Shown: one piece after another, positions 19,513-30,927 of the stretch
How the letters are laid out: the number at the start of each line of letters is the position of its first letter
Position numbering within the stretch: the first letter of the stretch is position 1
DNA from: Saprospiraceae bacterium
GTDB taxonomy: Bacteria; Bacteroidota; Bacteroidia; Chitinophagales; Saprospiraceae
Assembly: GCA_016718505.1 (NCBI GenBank)
Contig: JADKDE010000001.1
Coordinates: 32,038 to 96,037, forward strand
Direction of reading: 5' to 3'
Length of the DNA stretch: 64,000 nt
Notes under the pieces: generated by a model
Told to the model about the DNA's origin: nothing
Seen by the model: only the letters and a program-made list of their open reading frames with translations
Databases searched by the model: none
Position numbers and translations under genes: made by a program

Positions 19513-21980
19513 ATGGCAAATTTTAAAAGTCTTCTTTTAGTAGTTTCAATTATAGCACAGGCTATTGGGGCATGGGCTCAATTCGGAGCACCTATTGGTG
19601 GAGGCATGGGAGGTGGAAACTCGGCCGTATTGGGTAGGATTACGGGCAGCCTTGTGGATAGTTTGACAGGAAAACCAGTTGAGTTCGCGACTGTTTCGCT
19701 AGAATTATCAGAATTTGATAAAATAGTAAACGGCACCACCACGAATGATTTGGGCAAATTCGAATTTGATAAGATCGCTAAGGGCAATTATCGATTGACT
19801 CTTGGATTTCTAGGCTATAACGACAAGCGCATCGATGATATCAAAATATCTACGACCATTACAGAAATTTCATTGGGGAAAATTTTACTCACTCCTATAA
19901 GTCAGGAATTAGATAAAGTAGAAATCGTAGGACAAAGAGCTTTGATAGAAAACAAGGTGGACAAGATTGTCTATAATGCTGACCAAGACATTACGAGCAA
20001 AGGAGGGCAAGCATCTGATATCCTCAAAAAAGTGCCCATGGTGACTGTAGATCAGGATGGTAATGTCCAACTTCGGGAAGTAGCAATAACATACAAGTAT
20101 TGATCAATGGAAAACCGTCTCAGATGATGGCAACAAGTGTAGCAGATGCACTTCGTATGATTCCCGCTGACCAAATCAAAACTGTTGAAGTCATCACAAA
20201 TCCCAGCGCTAAATACGACGCAGAAGGCGCTTCGGGTATCATTAATATCATCACCAAGAAAAAGAATATCGATGGCATCAATGGTACAGTAGGTTTGAGT
20301 GCTGGTACTCGCTTGAATAATGGCAATGCCAGTTTGAACATCAAAAAAGGGGATCTAGCCATATTGTCAAGTCTCGGTGGCAACTATTTTCACCCACAAA
20401 AGGGACTTTTTGAAAACAAAAGAACCTCATATTATCAAAATGATACAACCGTCCTAACCCAGTCGGGAGAAAATACATCTAGAAGGATCGGTTTTGTAGG
20501 CTCTTTTGGTTTGGATTATGATATCAATAGCCATCACAATATCAGTTCTTCCATCAAGGGTAATAGGCTTCGACAGGGTGGAGAGGGAGTTGCCAATGTA
20601 TTTTTGGACAATCCTGGTTTTATGTCTGATTTGAATTATCAAAGAAAAAGTGAAAACTTTCCCATATTTGGAGGATTCGACTGGACCACTGATTATAAGC
20701 GTACATTTTCCAATCCCAGTCAAGAATTTTCTGCGGCTTTGCAATGGAACCAGGGCCTTAATCAAAATGACTTCGTCATAGACCAGGACGGAATTTTTCC
20801 TCTTCATGAAAAATCTTATAACACGGGCAAAAACAATGAATTTACCGCTCAAGCCGATTATGTCCAGCCATTCAAAGATGGTTCTAGTTTAGAATTTGGT
20901 GGAAAATCCATTTGGAGAAGACTAAGTAGTGATATAGAATATACAAGTCTCGACAGCGCAACGAGTGTTTATCTTCGAGATCCAGTGAGGTCCAATATTT
21001 TCAAGTACAACCAAGATATGTATGCAGCCTATAGTTCATACAGTTTTATGGTTTTGAAAAAAATAAATATAAAAGCTGGGCTTAGATATGAGCGAACGGC
21101 CATCTCTAGTCCTGATTTAGTAAATTTTGACAACCATTACGACAATTTATTTCCAAGCTTGACGATTTCTAGGACATTTAAAAATTATAGCACCCTCAAA
21201 TTTGGATACAACAGAAGATTGCAAAGACCCAGCCAGTATTATCTCAATCCTTTCAGAAATGAATCAGATCCCTTGAATATAACATACGGAAATCCTTCTT
21301 TATCCCCCGAATTGACTGACAATTTAGAGATCTCTTATTCAGGATTTTACGGAGGTAATTTTTTAAATTTATCCACATTTTACAGATATTCTCAGGACAT
21401 CATAGAAAGTTTTTACACCCAAGTATCAAGCAATCGCGGTGAAACCAGCTTTCGAAATATTGGCAAAAATAGAAGCGTTGGACTTAGTGCATTTGGGTCC
21501 TATCAGATCACCAACAATTGGGTTTTAAGAGGCGGTGGAAACGTTTTTACTTATGATATTTCTACGGATATTGAAAACATTTCTACAACAACATATGTCA
21601 TGTTCAATGCCAATATCATGACGACTTTGACCTTAAAAAACAATTGGAATATCGAAGGCTTTGGATTTTTCAATGCGCCTAGAAGAACCGTACAAGGCAA
21701 GAATCCCACTTTCTCATATTATGAAGTAGGCGTAAAAAAAGAATTTTGGAACAAAAAAGCCAGCGTGAAATTAGGCTGTACCCAGCCATTTACTGAATAT
21801 AGAAGATTCATCACCAACCTGAAAGGTACCAATTTTGAGCAATATAGCGAATTCAAATTGCCGTTCCGTTCATTCAACCTTGCATTCAACTATTCTTTTG
21901 GAAAAGCCATCAAACCAAACAAAGCAAAAAAAATAAATAACGACGATTTAAAACAAGGTGACAACAATGGTGGTTTCTAA
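19513..21980 (+). pseudogene. TonB-dependent receptor (CarboxypepD_reg-like N-domain, plug, barrel), split by one frameshift (ORFs 19513..20103 and 20100..21980)
   Basis: The N-terminal domain reads GRITGSLVDSLTGKPVEFATVSL. Changing G3 to G4 at 20075..20077 restores ...GNVQLRGSSNNIQVLINGKPS..., the canonical plug motif. The barrel ends in the second ORF. Confidence 0.85.
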
Positions 21981-22130
21981 TATGGTGCGCAATTTTGATA
22001 ACTTGACTTTTGGTTATTACTCCAATTTATTAGCCTTTTGCAGCAATAGGACGTTATTGGTTTCTAGCCTAATTTTGGTTATCTTTGCCCTTATTTTATA
22101 ATAATTTCACACGAACACGAAATTTTAGAC

Positions 22131-25100
22131 ATGTTTAATTTTTTTAAAAATACACTTACTCAGTTATTTGGTACAAAGTACGATAAAGATGTAAAAAAAT
22201 TCTCTGAAAGAATCCCTAGTATCCAACAATACGAAGCTGAATACCAAGCTCTTTCTAATGACGAATTGAGAAACAAAACACTCGAATTCAAAGAACGTAT
22301 TAAAGAATATCTCAGCGATATCGACCTCGAAATAACAAAATTGAAAGAGGATGCTCTGAATGCGGCTGATATTTTTCAAAAAGAAAAAATCTACAACGAA
22401 GTTGATTCCATTAGAAAAGACAGGGACAAACAGTTAGAAGTTGTTTTGAATAATATTCTCCCAGAAGCGTTTGCTGTCATCAAAGAGACGAGCCGAAGAT
22501 TTAAGGATAATACGGAGATTTCAGTTCAGGCTACCGAACACGATATAGCCTTGAGTCCTAAAAAATCCTACCTAACCATCCAAGGCAATCAGGCTATCTA
22601 CAAAAATAGTTGGACAGCTGCAGGTGGTGAAATCACTTGGAATATGTTGCATTACGACGTGCAATTGATTGGTGGTATGGCTCTTCACGAAGGCAATATT
22701 GCGGAGATGGCTACAGGGGAAGGTAAAACTTTGGTTGCTACCCTTCCTGCATATTTAAATGCCCTAGCTGGAGAAGGAGTGCATATCATTACTGTCAATG
22801 ACTATTTGGCTAGAAGGGACTCCGAGTGGATTGGACCCATTTTCGAATTTTTAATGCTCACCGTCGATTGCATCGACAAGTATAAGCCGCATACTGAAGA
22901 AAGGCGTAAAGCATACTTGTGTGATATCACTTATGGTACCAATGCAGAGTTTGGCTTCGATTATCTAAGGGATAATATGGTCATTTCTCAAGCAGAACTG
23001 GTCCAGCGTAAGCATCATTATGCCATGGTGGATGAGGTGGATTCAGTGTTGATTGACGATGCGAGAACACCGCTTATTATCTCAGGTCCAGTCACCCACG
23101 ATGCTACCGAACAAGAATACATGGAGCTCAAACCACGAGTTGAGAAAATGCTTGAAGCCCAGAGAAAATTGGTTACTGAATATTTGACAGAGGCTAAAAA
23201 ATTAATATCTGCAGGCAATACGGGTCCCAACGAAGGTGAAGGGGGATTGGCTCTTTTTAGAGCATATCGAGCTCTTCCTAAATACCGACCTCTCATAAAA
23301 TATTTGTCCGAAGAAGGAATTAAAGTTATTCTTCAAAAAACGGAGAATTTCTACATGCAAGAGCAATCGAGAAATATGCACAAAGCAGACCAACCTTTGT
23401 ATTTTACAATTGATGAAAAAAATAGAAACGTTGAGCTTACCGACAAAGGTTCTGAACTTTTATCTGCAACTTCTAAGGATATAACCGATCCACATTTCTT
23501 CATTATGCCAGATTTGGCAAGTGAAATGAACGATATTGATCAAAACAGCTCACTTTCGAAAGAAGAAAAAGCTACACTTAAAGACCAATTGGCTCAAGAT
23601 TTTTCTCTAAAATCTAGAAGACTACACTCGATCTCACAATTATTAAAAGCTTATACACTTTTTGAAAAAGATGTAGAATACGTAGTTTTAGAAGGTGAAG
23701 TAAAAATCGTGGATGAGCAAACGGGTCGTATCATGGATGGTCGTAGATACTCTGATGGACTACACCAAGCCATAGAAGCCAAAGAAGACGTTGAAGTAGG
23801 TGAGCACACCCAAACATACGCAACCGTTACACTCCAAAATTATTTCAGAATGTACCACAAACTCGCTGGTAGGACGGGTACCGCGGAGACAGAGGCTGGT
23901 GAGTTTTGGGAAATTTACAAATTGGACGGTGTAGTAATCCCTACCAATAGAGACATCGTCCGTGACGATAGAGAGGATCTTGTGTACAAAACTTCAAGGG
24001 AAAAATTCAACGCCGTCATCGATGAAATCGTAGCATTAAGCAACGCTGGTCGCCCCGTGCTTGTGGGTACAACATCTGTTGAAATTTCTGAACTTTTGAG
24101 CAGGATGCTGAAAATCAGAGGCATCCCACACAACGTTTTGAATGCAAAACAGCACCAACGAGAAGCAGAAGTCGTAGCTGAGGCTGGTTTACCTGGAAAA
24201 GTAACCATCGCCACCAACATGGCAGGTCGTGGTACGGATATCAAGATATCGGATGAAGTAAAAGCAAGTGGTGGTCTCGCGATCATCGGTACCGAAAGGC
24301 ATGATTCTAGACGTGTGGACAGGCAGCTTCGTGGTAGAGCTGGAAGACAGGGTGATCCTGGTACTTCACAGTTCTACGTTTCACTAGAAGACGATTTAAT
24401 GCGTCTATTCCAATCAGACAGGATAGCCAAAATCATGGACCGATTGGGCCACAAAGATGGCGATGTGATACAAGCCCCTATGGTCACCAAATCCATCGAG
24501 AGAGCCCAGAAAAAAGTCGAAGAAAACAATTTTGGAATTCGTAAAAGGCTCTTGGATTACGACGACGTCATGAATATCCAAAGAGAGGCTATTTACAAAA
24601 AAAGAGGTAATGCACTTTCTGGAGAACGACTAAATATCGACATCGACTATATGTTCAATGCGATGTGTGAGCGAATTCTAATTGCGCATAAGGACGGAGG
24701 GGACTTCCAAGCATTTGTCACTGATACCATACGTATCTTAGGCATCAGTCCAGATATAACTTCCGACACTTTTTTCAACACCCCTGAAAAAGATTTGCTG
24801 GTCAAATTTCAAGATGAAGTAAAATCTCATTATTATAAAAAAGGCGACAACATCGGCCAAAACTTATTGCCTTTAATCCAACAAATATACACGCACGAAG
24901 GTCACCGTTATAAAAGAATCTCCTTGCCTTTCGAGATAGGTTCCAGCAATCCTATGCATGTTTCTGCGGATCTTAAAGATGCCGTGGACACCGAAGGAAA
25001 ATCCGTGATGAGAGATATCGAGAAAGTTCTCACGCTTGCGATCATCGACGACAATTGGAAAGAGCATCTTAGAGCCATGGATGAACTCAAAGAGTCCGTT

Positions 25101-25475
25101 CAGTCTGCTTCTTTTGAGCAAAAAGATCCGTTGGTTATCTATAAGATGGAAGCATTCAACCTTTTCCAAACATTGATCAATAAAATCAATTTTGATGTGG
25201 TTACTGCCTTGTCAAAAGGCTTTGTTCCAATCCAATTAGAATCCGAAATCAAGGAGGCCAAAGAAAAAAAGACCGACTTGAGCAAAGTCAGCGCTACGCG
25301 ATCAGAACAAGGAACGGAAGCTCAACAGGCGGCTAAACAGGCAGCACAAAATGTCAATCAACCCAGCAGGCCCAAGGTAGAACAAGTCATTCGTACCATG
25401 CCTAAAGTGGGTCGTAATGAACCTTGTCCTTGCGGCAGTGGCAAAAAATTTAAAAACTGCCATGGTGTTGAGTGA
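22131..25475 (+). CDS. secA: Preprotein translocase ATPase SecA
   Basis: The protein is 1114 aa. Motifs [39 protein letters not shown] and [10 protein letters not shown] are present, with a C-terminal zinc motif [14 protein letters not shown]. Confidence 0.95.
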   Translation: MFNFFKNTLTQLFGTKYDKDVKKFSERIPSIQQYEAEYQALSNDELRNKTLEFKERIKEYLSDIDLEITKLKEDALNAADIFQKEKIYNEVDSIRKDRDKQLEVVLNNILPEAFAVIKETSRRFKDNTEISVQATEHDIALSPKKSYLTIQGNQAIYKNSWTAAGGEITWNMLHYDVQLIGGMALHEGNIAEMATGEGKTLVATLPAYLNALAGEGVHIITVNDYLARRDSEWIGPIFEFLMLTVDCIDKYKPHTEERRKAYLCDITYGTNAEFGFDYLRDNMVISQAELVQRKHHYAMVDEVDSVLIDDARTPLIISGPVTHDATEQEYMELKPRVEKMLEAQRKLVTEYLTEAKKLISAGNTGPNEGEGGLALFRAYRALPKYRPLIKYLSEEGIKVILQKTENFYMQEQSRNMHKADQPLYFTIDEKNRNVELTDKGSELLSATSKDITDPHFFIMPDLASEMNDIDQNSSLSKEEKATLKDQLAQDFSLKSRRLHSISQLLKAYTLFEKDVEYVVLEGEVKIVDEQTGRIMDGRRYSDGLHQAIEAKEDVEVGEHTQTYATVTLQNYFRMYHKLAGRTGTAETEAGEFWEIYKLDGVVIPTNRDIVRDDREDLVYKTSREKFNAVIDEIVALSNAGRPVLVGTTSVEISELLSRMLKIRGIPHNVLNAKQHQREAEVVAEAGLPGKVTIATNMAGRGTDIKISDEVKASGGLAIIGTERHDSRRVDRQLRGRAGRQGDPGTSQFYVSLEDDLMRLFQSDRIAKIMDRLGHKDGDVIQAPMVTKSIERAQKKVEENNFGIRKRLLDYDDVMNIQREAIYKKRGNALSGERLNIDIDYMFNAMCERILIAHKDGGDFQAFVTDTIRILGISPDITSDTFFNTPEKDLLVKFQDEVKSHYYKKGDNIGQNLLPLIQQIYTHEGHRYKRISLPFEIGSSNPMHVSADLKDAVDTEGKSVMRDIEKVLTLAIIDDNWKEHLRAMDELKESVQSASFEQKDPLVIYKMEAFNLFQTLINKINFDVVTALSKGFVPIQLESEIKEAKEKKTDLSKVSATRSEQGTEAQQAAKQAAQNVNQPSRPKVEQVIRTMPKVGRNEPCPCGSGKKFKNCHGVE

Positions 25476-25524
25476 TTTAACCCATAATCTTGTCTCGATT
25501 AGGCGCTAATTTAATATAAGTGGT

Positions 25525-27627
25525 ATGAACTCATTTTTGCTAAAAGGAGTCAATGAAATACCAGGCATTGGCGCCTCCAAATCAGATGTACTTTTTTCTG
25601 AATTAGGCATTAAATCTGTTTTTGACCTCCTACAATCCTATCCGTTTAGATACGTGGATAGGACCCAAGTTCACGACATGCAGGCGGATTTTTTGGATGG
25701 AGACTACGTCCAGTTCAAAGGTAAATTAAGCTCCTTGCAGACCATCGGCGTAGGTCATACTAAACGTTTGTCGGCAAAACTAATCGGTGAAAATGGAAGC
25801 ATAGACTTGGTTTGGTTTAGATCCATTCCTTTCCTCGAAAAAACTCTCAAACCTGGCGAAAGCTATTTGGTATTCGGTCGCATAAACAATTTTAAAGGAA
25901 GATTGAGCATCCCTCACCCAGAGATGGAGCTCGAAGGACCTAAATCCCATGCCATCGAAAGTCATTTCGTACCTATATACCCCAATACGGAAAAACTCAC
26001 CAAGAAAGGCCTCGACTCAAGGGCTCGAAGCAAAATCATTAGGGATCTTTTATCCAGATTGACACCTTCCGATTTCCCTGAGTTTTTACCCGAATATATC
26101 CGAAAAACATACCTTTTGCCCAGTTTTTCAGATACGATTCAAAGGATTCATTTTCCTAAAAATAACGATGAAATAAACTCAGCCAAAAGACGCATAAAAT
26201 TTGAAGAGCTTTTCTTTATGCAACTTGGACTCCTAAAAAACCAAGTAAATCATCTACAAAAAGTCAAGGGCAATATCTTCGAAAAATTATCGCCATATTT
26301 CCTAGAATTTTATAATCATCATTTGCCCTTTCCCCTTACAAATGCTCAAAAAAAAGTCCTCAAAGAGATACGCTCTGATCTAGCCAAAGGTGTCCAAATG
26401 AATAGACTCCTCCAGGGCGATGTAGGCAGTGGTAAAACCATCGTCGCATTCCTAACCATGCTTATGGCTCTTGACAATGGCTTCCAAGCTTGTCTTTTGG
26501 CACCAACCGAAATCCTAGCCAATCAGCATTTCATTTCGATCTCAGAATACGCCTCGAAAATAAACCTGAAGGTTGAATTACTAACGGGCAGCATCCGTGG
26601 AAAACGCCGCAAAGCCATCCTAGAAGAGTTAGAACAAGGACAAATATCCATACTCATCGGCACACATGCCATCCTTGAGGATTCCGTAATATTTCAAAAC
26701 CTCGGACTCGCTATCACCGACGAACAACATAGATTTGGCGTCGCCCAGCGTGCCAAACTTTGGCAAAAAGCCAAGCCCCTACCCCCGCACGTCCTCGTGA
26801 TGACGGCTACTCCTATACCACGTACCCTTGCGATGACCCTCTATGGCGACTTGGACATATCCATCATCGATGAAATGCCACCTGGTCGCAAGGACATCCT
26901 CACATCTGTCAAATATGAAGGCCACCGCACCGAAGTCTTGAGATTTATCAAGGCACAAATAGACCAAGGGCGACAGATTTATGTCGTCTATCCCCTTATC
27001 GAGGAGTCAGAGAAAATGGACCTCGAAGACCTGCAGCGGGGCTATGATTTCCTCGAGCGATTCTTCCCTCCTCCGCAGTATCACATGAGCATGCTTCACG
27101 GAAAGATGAAATCTGAAGACAAGGATGCCGCCATGGAGCGTTTCGTACAAGGACAAACGCATATCATGGTCGCGACTACTGTCATAGAAGTGGGCGTCAA
27201 TGTGCCCAATGCCAGCGTCATGATCATCGAAAATGCCGAGAGATTTGGCCTTTCTGCTCTACACCAGTTGCGTGGCCGTGTAGGGCGTGGCGCCGACCAA
27301 AGTTATTGCATCTTAATGTCGTCACACAAAGTAAGCAAAGACGGAAAAGAACGCCTAAAGACCATGGTCGCTACCAACAATGGCTTCGAAATAGCCGAAG
27401 TTGACCTCAGATTGAGAGGTCCTGGTGCCCTCGATGGACTCAAGCAAAGCGGCCTTCCAGAACTCAAAATGGCAGATCTGAGCCAAGATACCGCGATTCT
27501 GACTACTGCCCGCGACCTTTGCAAACAAATCCTCGAGAAGGATCCTCAGCTTACCTTACCCATCCATGCCCCCTTGATCCAATACTTCCGAACCTTTAAG
27601 GACAAGTCCCATTTTGGGGTCGTGTGA
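25525..27627 (+). CDS. recG: ATP-dependent DNA helicase RecG
   Basis: The protein is 700 aa. Motifs are Walker A GDVGSGKT, DEQHRFGV, the TATPIPRTL motif, and QLRGRVGRG near the C-terminus. Confidence 0.9.
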   Translation: MNSFLLKGVNEIPGIGASKSDVLFSELGIKSVFDLLQSYPFRYVDRTQVHDMQADFLDGDYVQFKGKLSSLQTIGVGHTKRLSAKLIGENGSIDLVWFRSIPFLEKTLKPGESYLVFGRINNFKGRLSIPHPEMELEGPKSHAIESHFVPIYPNTEKLTKKGLDSRARSKIIRDLLSRLTPSDFPEFLPEYIRKTYLLPSFSDTIQRIHFPKNNDEINSAKRRIKFEELFFMQLGLLKNQVNHLQKVKGNIFEKLSPYFLEFYNHHLPFPLTNAQKKVLKEIRSDLAKGVQMNRLLQGDVGSGKTIVAFLTMLMALDNGFQACLLAPTEILANQHFISISEYASKINLKVELLTGSIRGKRRKAILEELEQGQISILIGTHAILEDSVIFQNLGLAITDEQHRFGVAQRAKLWQKAKPLPPHVLVMTATPIPRTLAMTLYGDLDISIIDEMPPGRKDILTSVKYEGHRTEVLRFIKAQIDQGRQIYVVYPLIEESEKMDLEDLQRGYDFLERFFPPPQYHMSMLHGKMKSEDKDAAMERFVQGQTHIMVATTVIEVGVNVPNASVMIIENAERFGLSALHQLRGRVGRGADQSYCILMSSHKVSKDGKERLKTMVATNNGFEIAEVDLRLRGPGALDGLKQSGLPELKMADLSQDTAILTTARDLCKQILEKDPQLTLPIHAPLIQYFRTFKDKSHFGVV

Positions 27628-27642
27628 GCTAACATTTTTATT

Positions 27643-27722
27643 GGGGCGTGCCCCTCGCCAGGCTCGGGTCGGGCTATCCGCTTTACTTCGTGTTCGCTCC
27701 TATCCCTCACGCTTGGCTAGGA
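27643..27722 (+). repeat. GC-rich dispersed intergenic repeat, copy D (best preserved)
   Basis: The sequence is GGGGCGTGCCCCTCGCCAGGCTCGGGTCGGGCTATCCGCTTTACTTCGTGTTCGCTCCTATCCCTCACGCTTGGCTAGG. It starts 16 nt after the recG stop. Internal pairings are GGGG/CCCC and GCCAGGC/GCTTGGC. Confidence 0.65.
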
Positions 27723-27880
27723 TATTTTCCAAACCCAATTGTGCTGAATAAAATATACAAAAGTTCACGCAACCATAATAAACAAGCTAATAAATCACAA
27801 TTCCACAAAATTAAGGAGCTTAATATTACCTTGGAAAGCAAATGCTTATTATATTTGGGTATCTAAATAATTATTTACTT

Positions 27881-28762
27881 ATGAAAAACTTTAAATTAAT
27901 TACCCTTTTATTTGCTTTTTGTTTACTCGGATGCATATCAATGCATGCTCAAGATTATATTATCTTAAAAGATGACACAAAAATAAAGTGCATTGTTACT
28001 GAAGTTGGTGAAGATCAAGTAAAATACAAGCCTTGGGGATCTGCTACAGAGAGAATTATTGCAATAGACAGATCCATCGTTAGAAAGATCAAATATGAAG
28101 GAGGAGACCCAGACATCCAAAACAAAGATGCTATTGAAACCAATTATTTTTGGGACGATACCAGACATGCTATAAAACTAGGTTTCTCTGGACTGCTCGG
28201 AAATGGTCTTACTTTGGCATACGAAAAAGCAATTGATCCAAGGTCCTCATTAGAATTTGTTGGGCGAGTTCAAAATATTGGAATGCGACAAAAAAGTCGA
28301 ATTACTACAACTGGTGGATTTGGGCTAGGACTTGGATATAGATTGCAATTGACAAGTTCAACGCGCAAAGCAGCCAAACAATCACATATATTATACGGCT
28401 GGTATGTGAAACCAGAACTTTTCTTTATGAATGTGACTGCCAGGGAATTATATATTTTCTCTGGAATCTCAGATGATTATAATATTAATTTCTCAAAATT
28501 GGGTTTGATGCTCAATTTAGGTAAAGAAATTGTCTTGAACAACAGATTTGTCCTAGAGTTCTTTGGAGGGTTTGGACTAGCAGCTACTCTCTCGAAATCA
28601 ACATCTAGTAACCAAACTGTCTGTATTGATTGTATTTCAGACCTTGATTTAACCATTGGAACTATTGGTGGAGAATACCTTGCATTACCTTCTGAGGCTA
28701 TTGCTTATGGCGTTGGTCTTAGACTAGGCTATGCTTTTCACGCTAAAAAACCGAAAAAGTAA
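27881..28762 (+). CDS. Hypothetical secreted or outer-membrane protein
   Basis: The ATG at 27881 gives a clean signal peptide (MKNFKLITLLFAFCLLGCISMHAQ). The alternating G/aromatic-rich composition suggests a beta-barrel. I recognise no family motif. Confidence 0.55.
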   Translation: MKNFKLITLLFAFCLLGCISMHAQDYIILKDDTKIKCIVTEVGEDQVKYKPWGSATERIIAIDRSIVRKIKYEGGDPDIQNKDAIETNYFWDDTRHAIKLGFSGLLGNGLTLAYEKAIDPRSSLEFVGRVQNIGMRQKSRITTTGGFGLGLGYRLQLTSSTRKAAKQSHILYGWYVKPELFFMNVTARELYIFSGISDDYNINFSKLGLMLNLGKEIVLNNRFVLEFFGGFGLAATLSKSTSSNQTVCIDCISDLDLTIGTIGGEYLALPSEAIAYGVGLRLGYAFHAKKPKK

Positions 28763-28908
28763 CCTCGGATTTTTACAAGTTTAGTTCTTAGTATTTCCAA
28801 CAATTTAATCTAGGATTCATACCTCTGGTTTGATTTGTTGAGCCTTGTCCAAAAATAATATTACTAGATTTTCGAGTTCTCTTAAATCTGACTTTATCGC
28901 CATTTCTA

Positions 28909-29856
28909 TTAAAACAATCGCTTTCTGTTGAGGAAAAATGCTAGACCCGTGCTCATTGATATTGCAAGAGCCAAAATCAAGTAGAAGGCATAGGGCCAGT
29001 GCTGAAATGGTATCGGTACATTCATCCCAAACAGACCCGTTATGATATTGGGCAGAGCCATCAGCAAGGTTACGAAAGTCAATCTCGACATCATTCGATT
29101 GAGGTTGTTATTGATGATAGATGAGTATGCTTCTGTGGTCTTTCCAAGGATATTGGTATAGACATTCGCCATTTCTAGTGCTTGGCTATTGTCTATGATT
29201 ACGTCCTCAAAAAGATCTTGCCAGTCATCGTTGGATTTAAGGCCTATAAAATCTAATCGCTTGATTTTTAGCTTTAACAGCTCATTTGATTTGAGTGAGT
29301 TCACAAAATAAACGAGAGATTTCTCGATTTTTAATAATTGAAGGATTCCTTCATTTTTCAGTGTATCGCTCAATTCTTGTTCGATTATATTCCTCTTCAA
29401 ATTTAGCTTTTTCAAACAATTCAAAAACCGATACACGTTGTGCTCAAATATTTTTAAAATAAAATGCGGCAAATTAGCTGGGTCGATATTTTTAATTCTG
29501 TTATTCTTTATCTGATTAAGAACTGGATTTTCGAAAGATGAAATCGTAATGATCCAGTGAGCATTCCAAACTATACCAATAGGAACAGTGATATAAACGG
29601 ACTCATTTTCTTGATCGAATTTATTGAGAATAGGTGTATTGAGGACTATCAAACGAACATCATCTTCCTTTTCGTAACGAGATCGCTCATTGATGTCCAA
29701 AGGGTCGGTCAAAAAATCAAGTGGAATATTGAACTCTTCGGCTATTGCCTCCAATTCTTGTGTCTCAAAAGGCGGGTGTAAATTAACCCATGTAAACGGC
29801 TCTTGAGCTGTGACTTCTTTCAATAATCCATTGCTTTTGTAGTAGTATTGTACCAT
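28909..29856 (-). CDS. corA: Magnesium/cobalt transporter CorA
   Basis: The GMN signature (GLFGMNVPIPF) sits between two C-terminal TM helices. The internal ATG at 29856 (MVQYYYKS...) gives a typical 315-aa length, and the upstream ORF extension looks non-coding. Confidence 0.8.
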   Translation of the reverse strand: MVQYYYKSNGLLKEVTAQEPFTWVNLHPPFETQELEAIAEEFNIPLDFLTDPLDINERSRYEKEDDVRLIVLNTPILNKFDQENESVYITVPIGIVWNAHWIITISSFENPVLNQIKNNRIKNIDPANLPHFILKIFEHNVYRFLNCLKKLNLKRNIIEQELSDTLKNEGILQLLKIEKSLVYFVNSLKSNELLKLKIKRLDFIGLKSNDDWQDLFEDVIIDNSQALEMANVYTNILGKTTEAYSSIINNNLNRMMSRLTFVTLLMALPNIITGLFGMNVPIPFQHWPYAFYLILALAISMSTGLAFFLNRKRLF

Positions 29857-30120
29857 ATTTATCCGAACTATCCATCCAATTGGGATTACTGAAAAAATAC
29901 CGCCATTCCCCATATTACAGCCAAGGAGACCTGAAGCTGTACAAAGATACATCCTTATGGATAAAAAATCCAAGCATTCTGGTCAATTTTCCTTGTAGAT
30001 GCAGATACTCCAGTTTACTTCACACCAGTAGAACCAAAAAATTCATTTTACTAAATAGATGAATTCTAAATAAAAATTGCATCTTTGTTGTAATTTCACT
30101 AAAATTTAAATACCTCATAT

Positions 30121-30675
30121 ATGAAAAAAATTATATTCATCCTTGTTTTTGCAAGTTTAGGAATTTCCAGTTCTTTATTCGCTCAGCGAGTTTTCATCGA
30201 TGCACCATCATTTTATTTATTGACTAACGACGTATCAAAATTAGCAGAAAATAGCGGCTTGGGTTTAGACTTTGCCGTTGCTGTTGGCTCACATTCTGTT
30301 ATGGGAAAATTTTCAGGGGGCCTTACTGTCACTACAGATTTTTCCAAAGAAATTGACGTAAAAGATGGTTTGGTTTATAATCCTTTTGTAAAACTAGAAG
30401 CCGGAGCTGGGCTTTACAGATCCAATGGAAATAAATGTTCTAAGACTCATGCATCTGCATACAGCCTTATCGGAAAAGCTGGTGTACAATATATTTTTAA
30501 CAAAGATTTGGAAAAGAAATTTAGCCCGATCGTAGCCATCGAAGCTTCTTTTTTCTACATCAGAGACATGGTTAAAAATTCTGAGGTTTTTCTAGAACCA
30601 CAATATAATATATCGACAAAAACCATTGGGGTTAGCTTTGGATTTAGACGATTCTACAATTTGACCAGCTACTAA
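30121..30675 (+). CDS. Hypothetical secreted protein (possible small beta-barrel outer-membrane protein)
   Basis: It has a signal peptide (MKKIIFILVFASLGISSSLFAQ) and a C-terminal aromatic residue. I recognise no family motif. Confidence 0.5.
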   Translation: MKKIIFILVFASLGISSSLFAQRVFIDAPSFYLLTNDVSKLAENSGLGLDFAVAVGSHSVMGKFSGGLTVTTDFSKEIDVKDGLVYNPFVKLEAGAGLYRSNGNKCSKTHASAYSLIGKAGVQYIFNKDLEKKFSPIVAIEASFFYIRDMVKNSEVFLEPQYNISTKTIGVSFGFRRFYNLTSY

Positions 30676-30792
30676 TCAAATGTTAAAATTCGCTTTTATC
30701 GGAAAATAAATTCAATTAATTTTATATATATATAAAAAATATGTATATTTGCTTTTGAAACACGTTAAGATTGAAACAGAAACGCTTTCACA

Positions 30793-30827
30793 GCCTTCAG
30801 TACCCTAAATACTGAGGGCTTTTTTTT
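30793..30827 (+). terminator. Strong rho-independent terminator
   Basis: A 9-bp stem gccttcagt/actgagggc (one G-U pair) has loop accctaaat and is followed by T8. Confidence 0.8.
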
Positions 30828-30927
30828 GGTCGTTTGTTACTATTTTGATTTAATTTCGTTCTTATAATGGATTCATTATTGGTAACAGAAAATCTTTGAC
30901 TTAATATTCCAATTTGTTATTTTATAC

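Noticed and set aside
27648-27866. ORF 27648..27866, which translates as MPLARLGSGYPLYFVFAPIPHAWLG...
   Set aside because: It starts inside GC-rich repeat copy D and runs into AT-rich spacer. It is the typical spurious ORF generated by this repeat.
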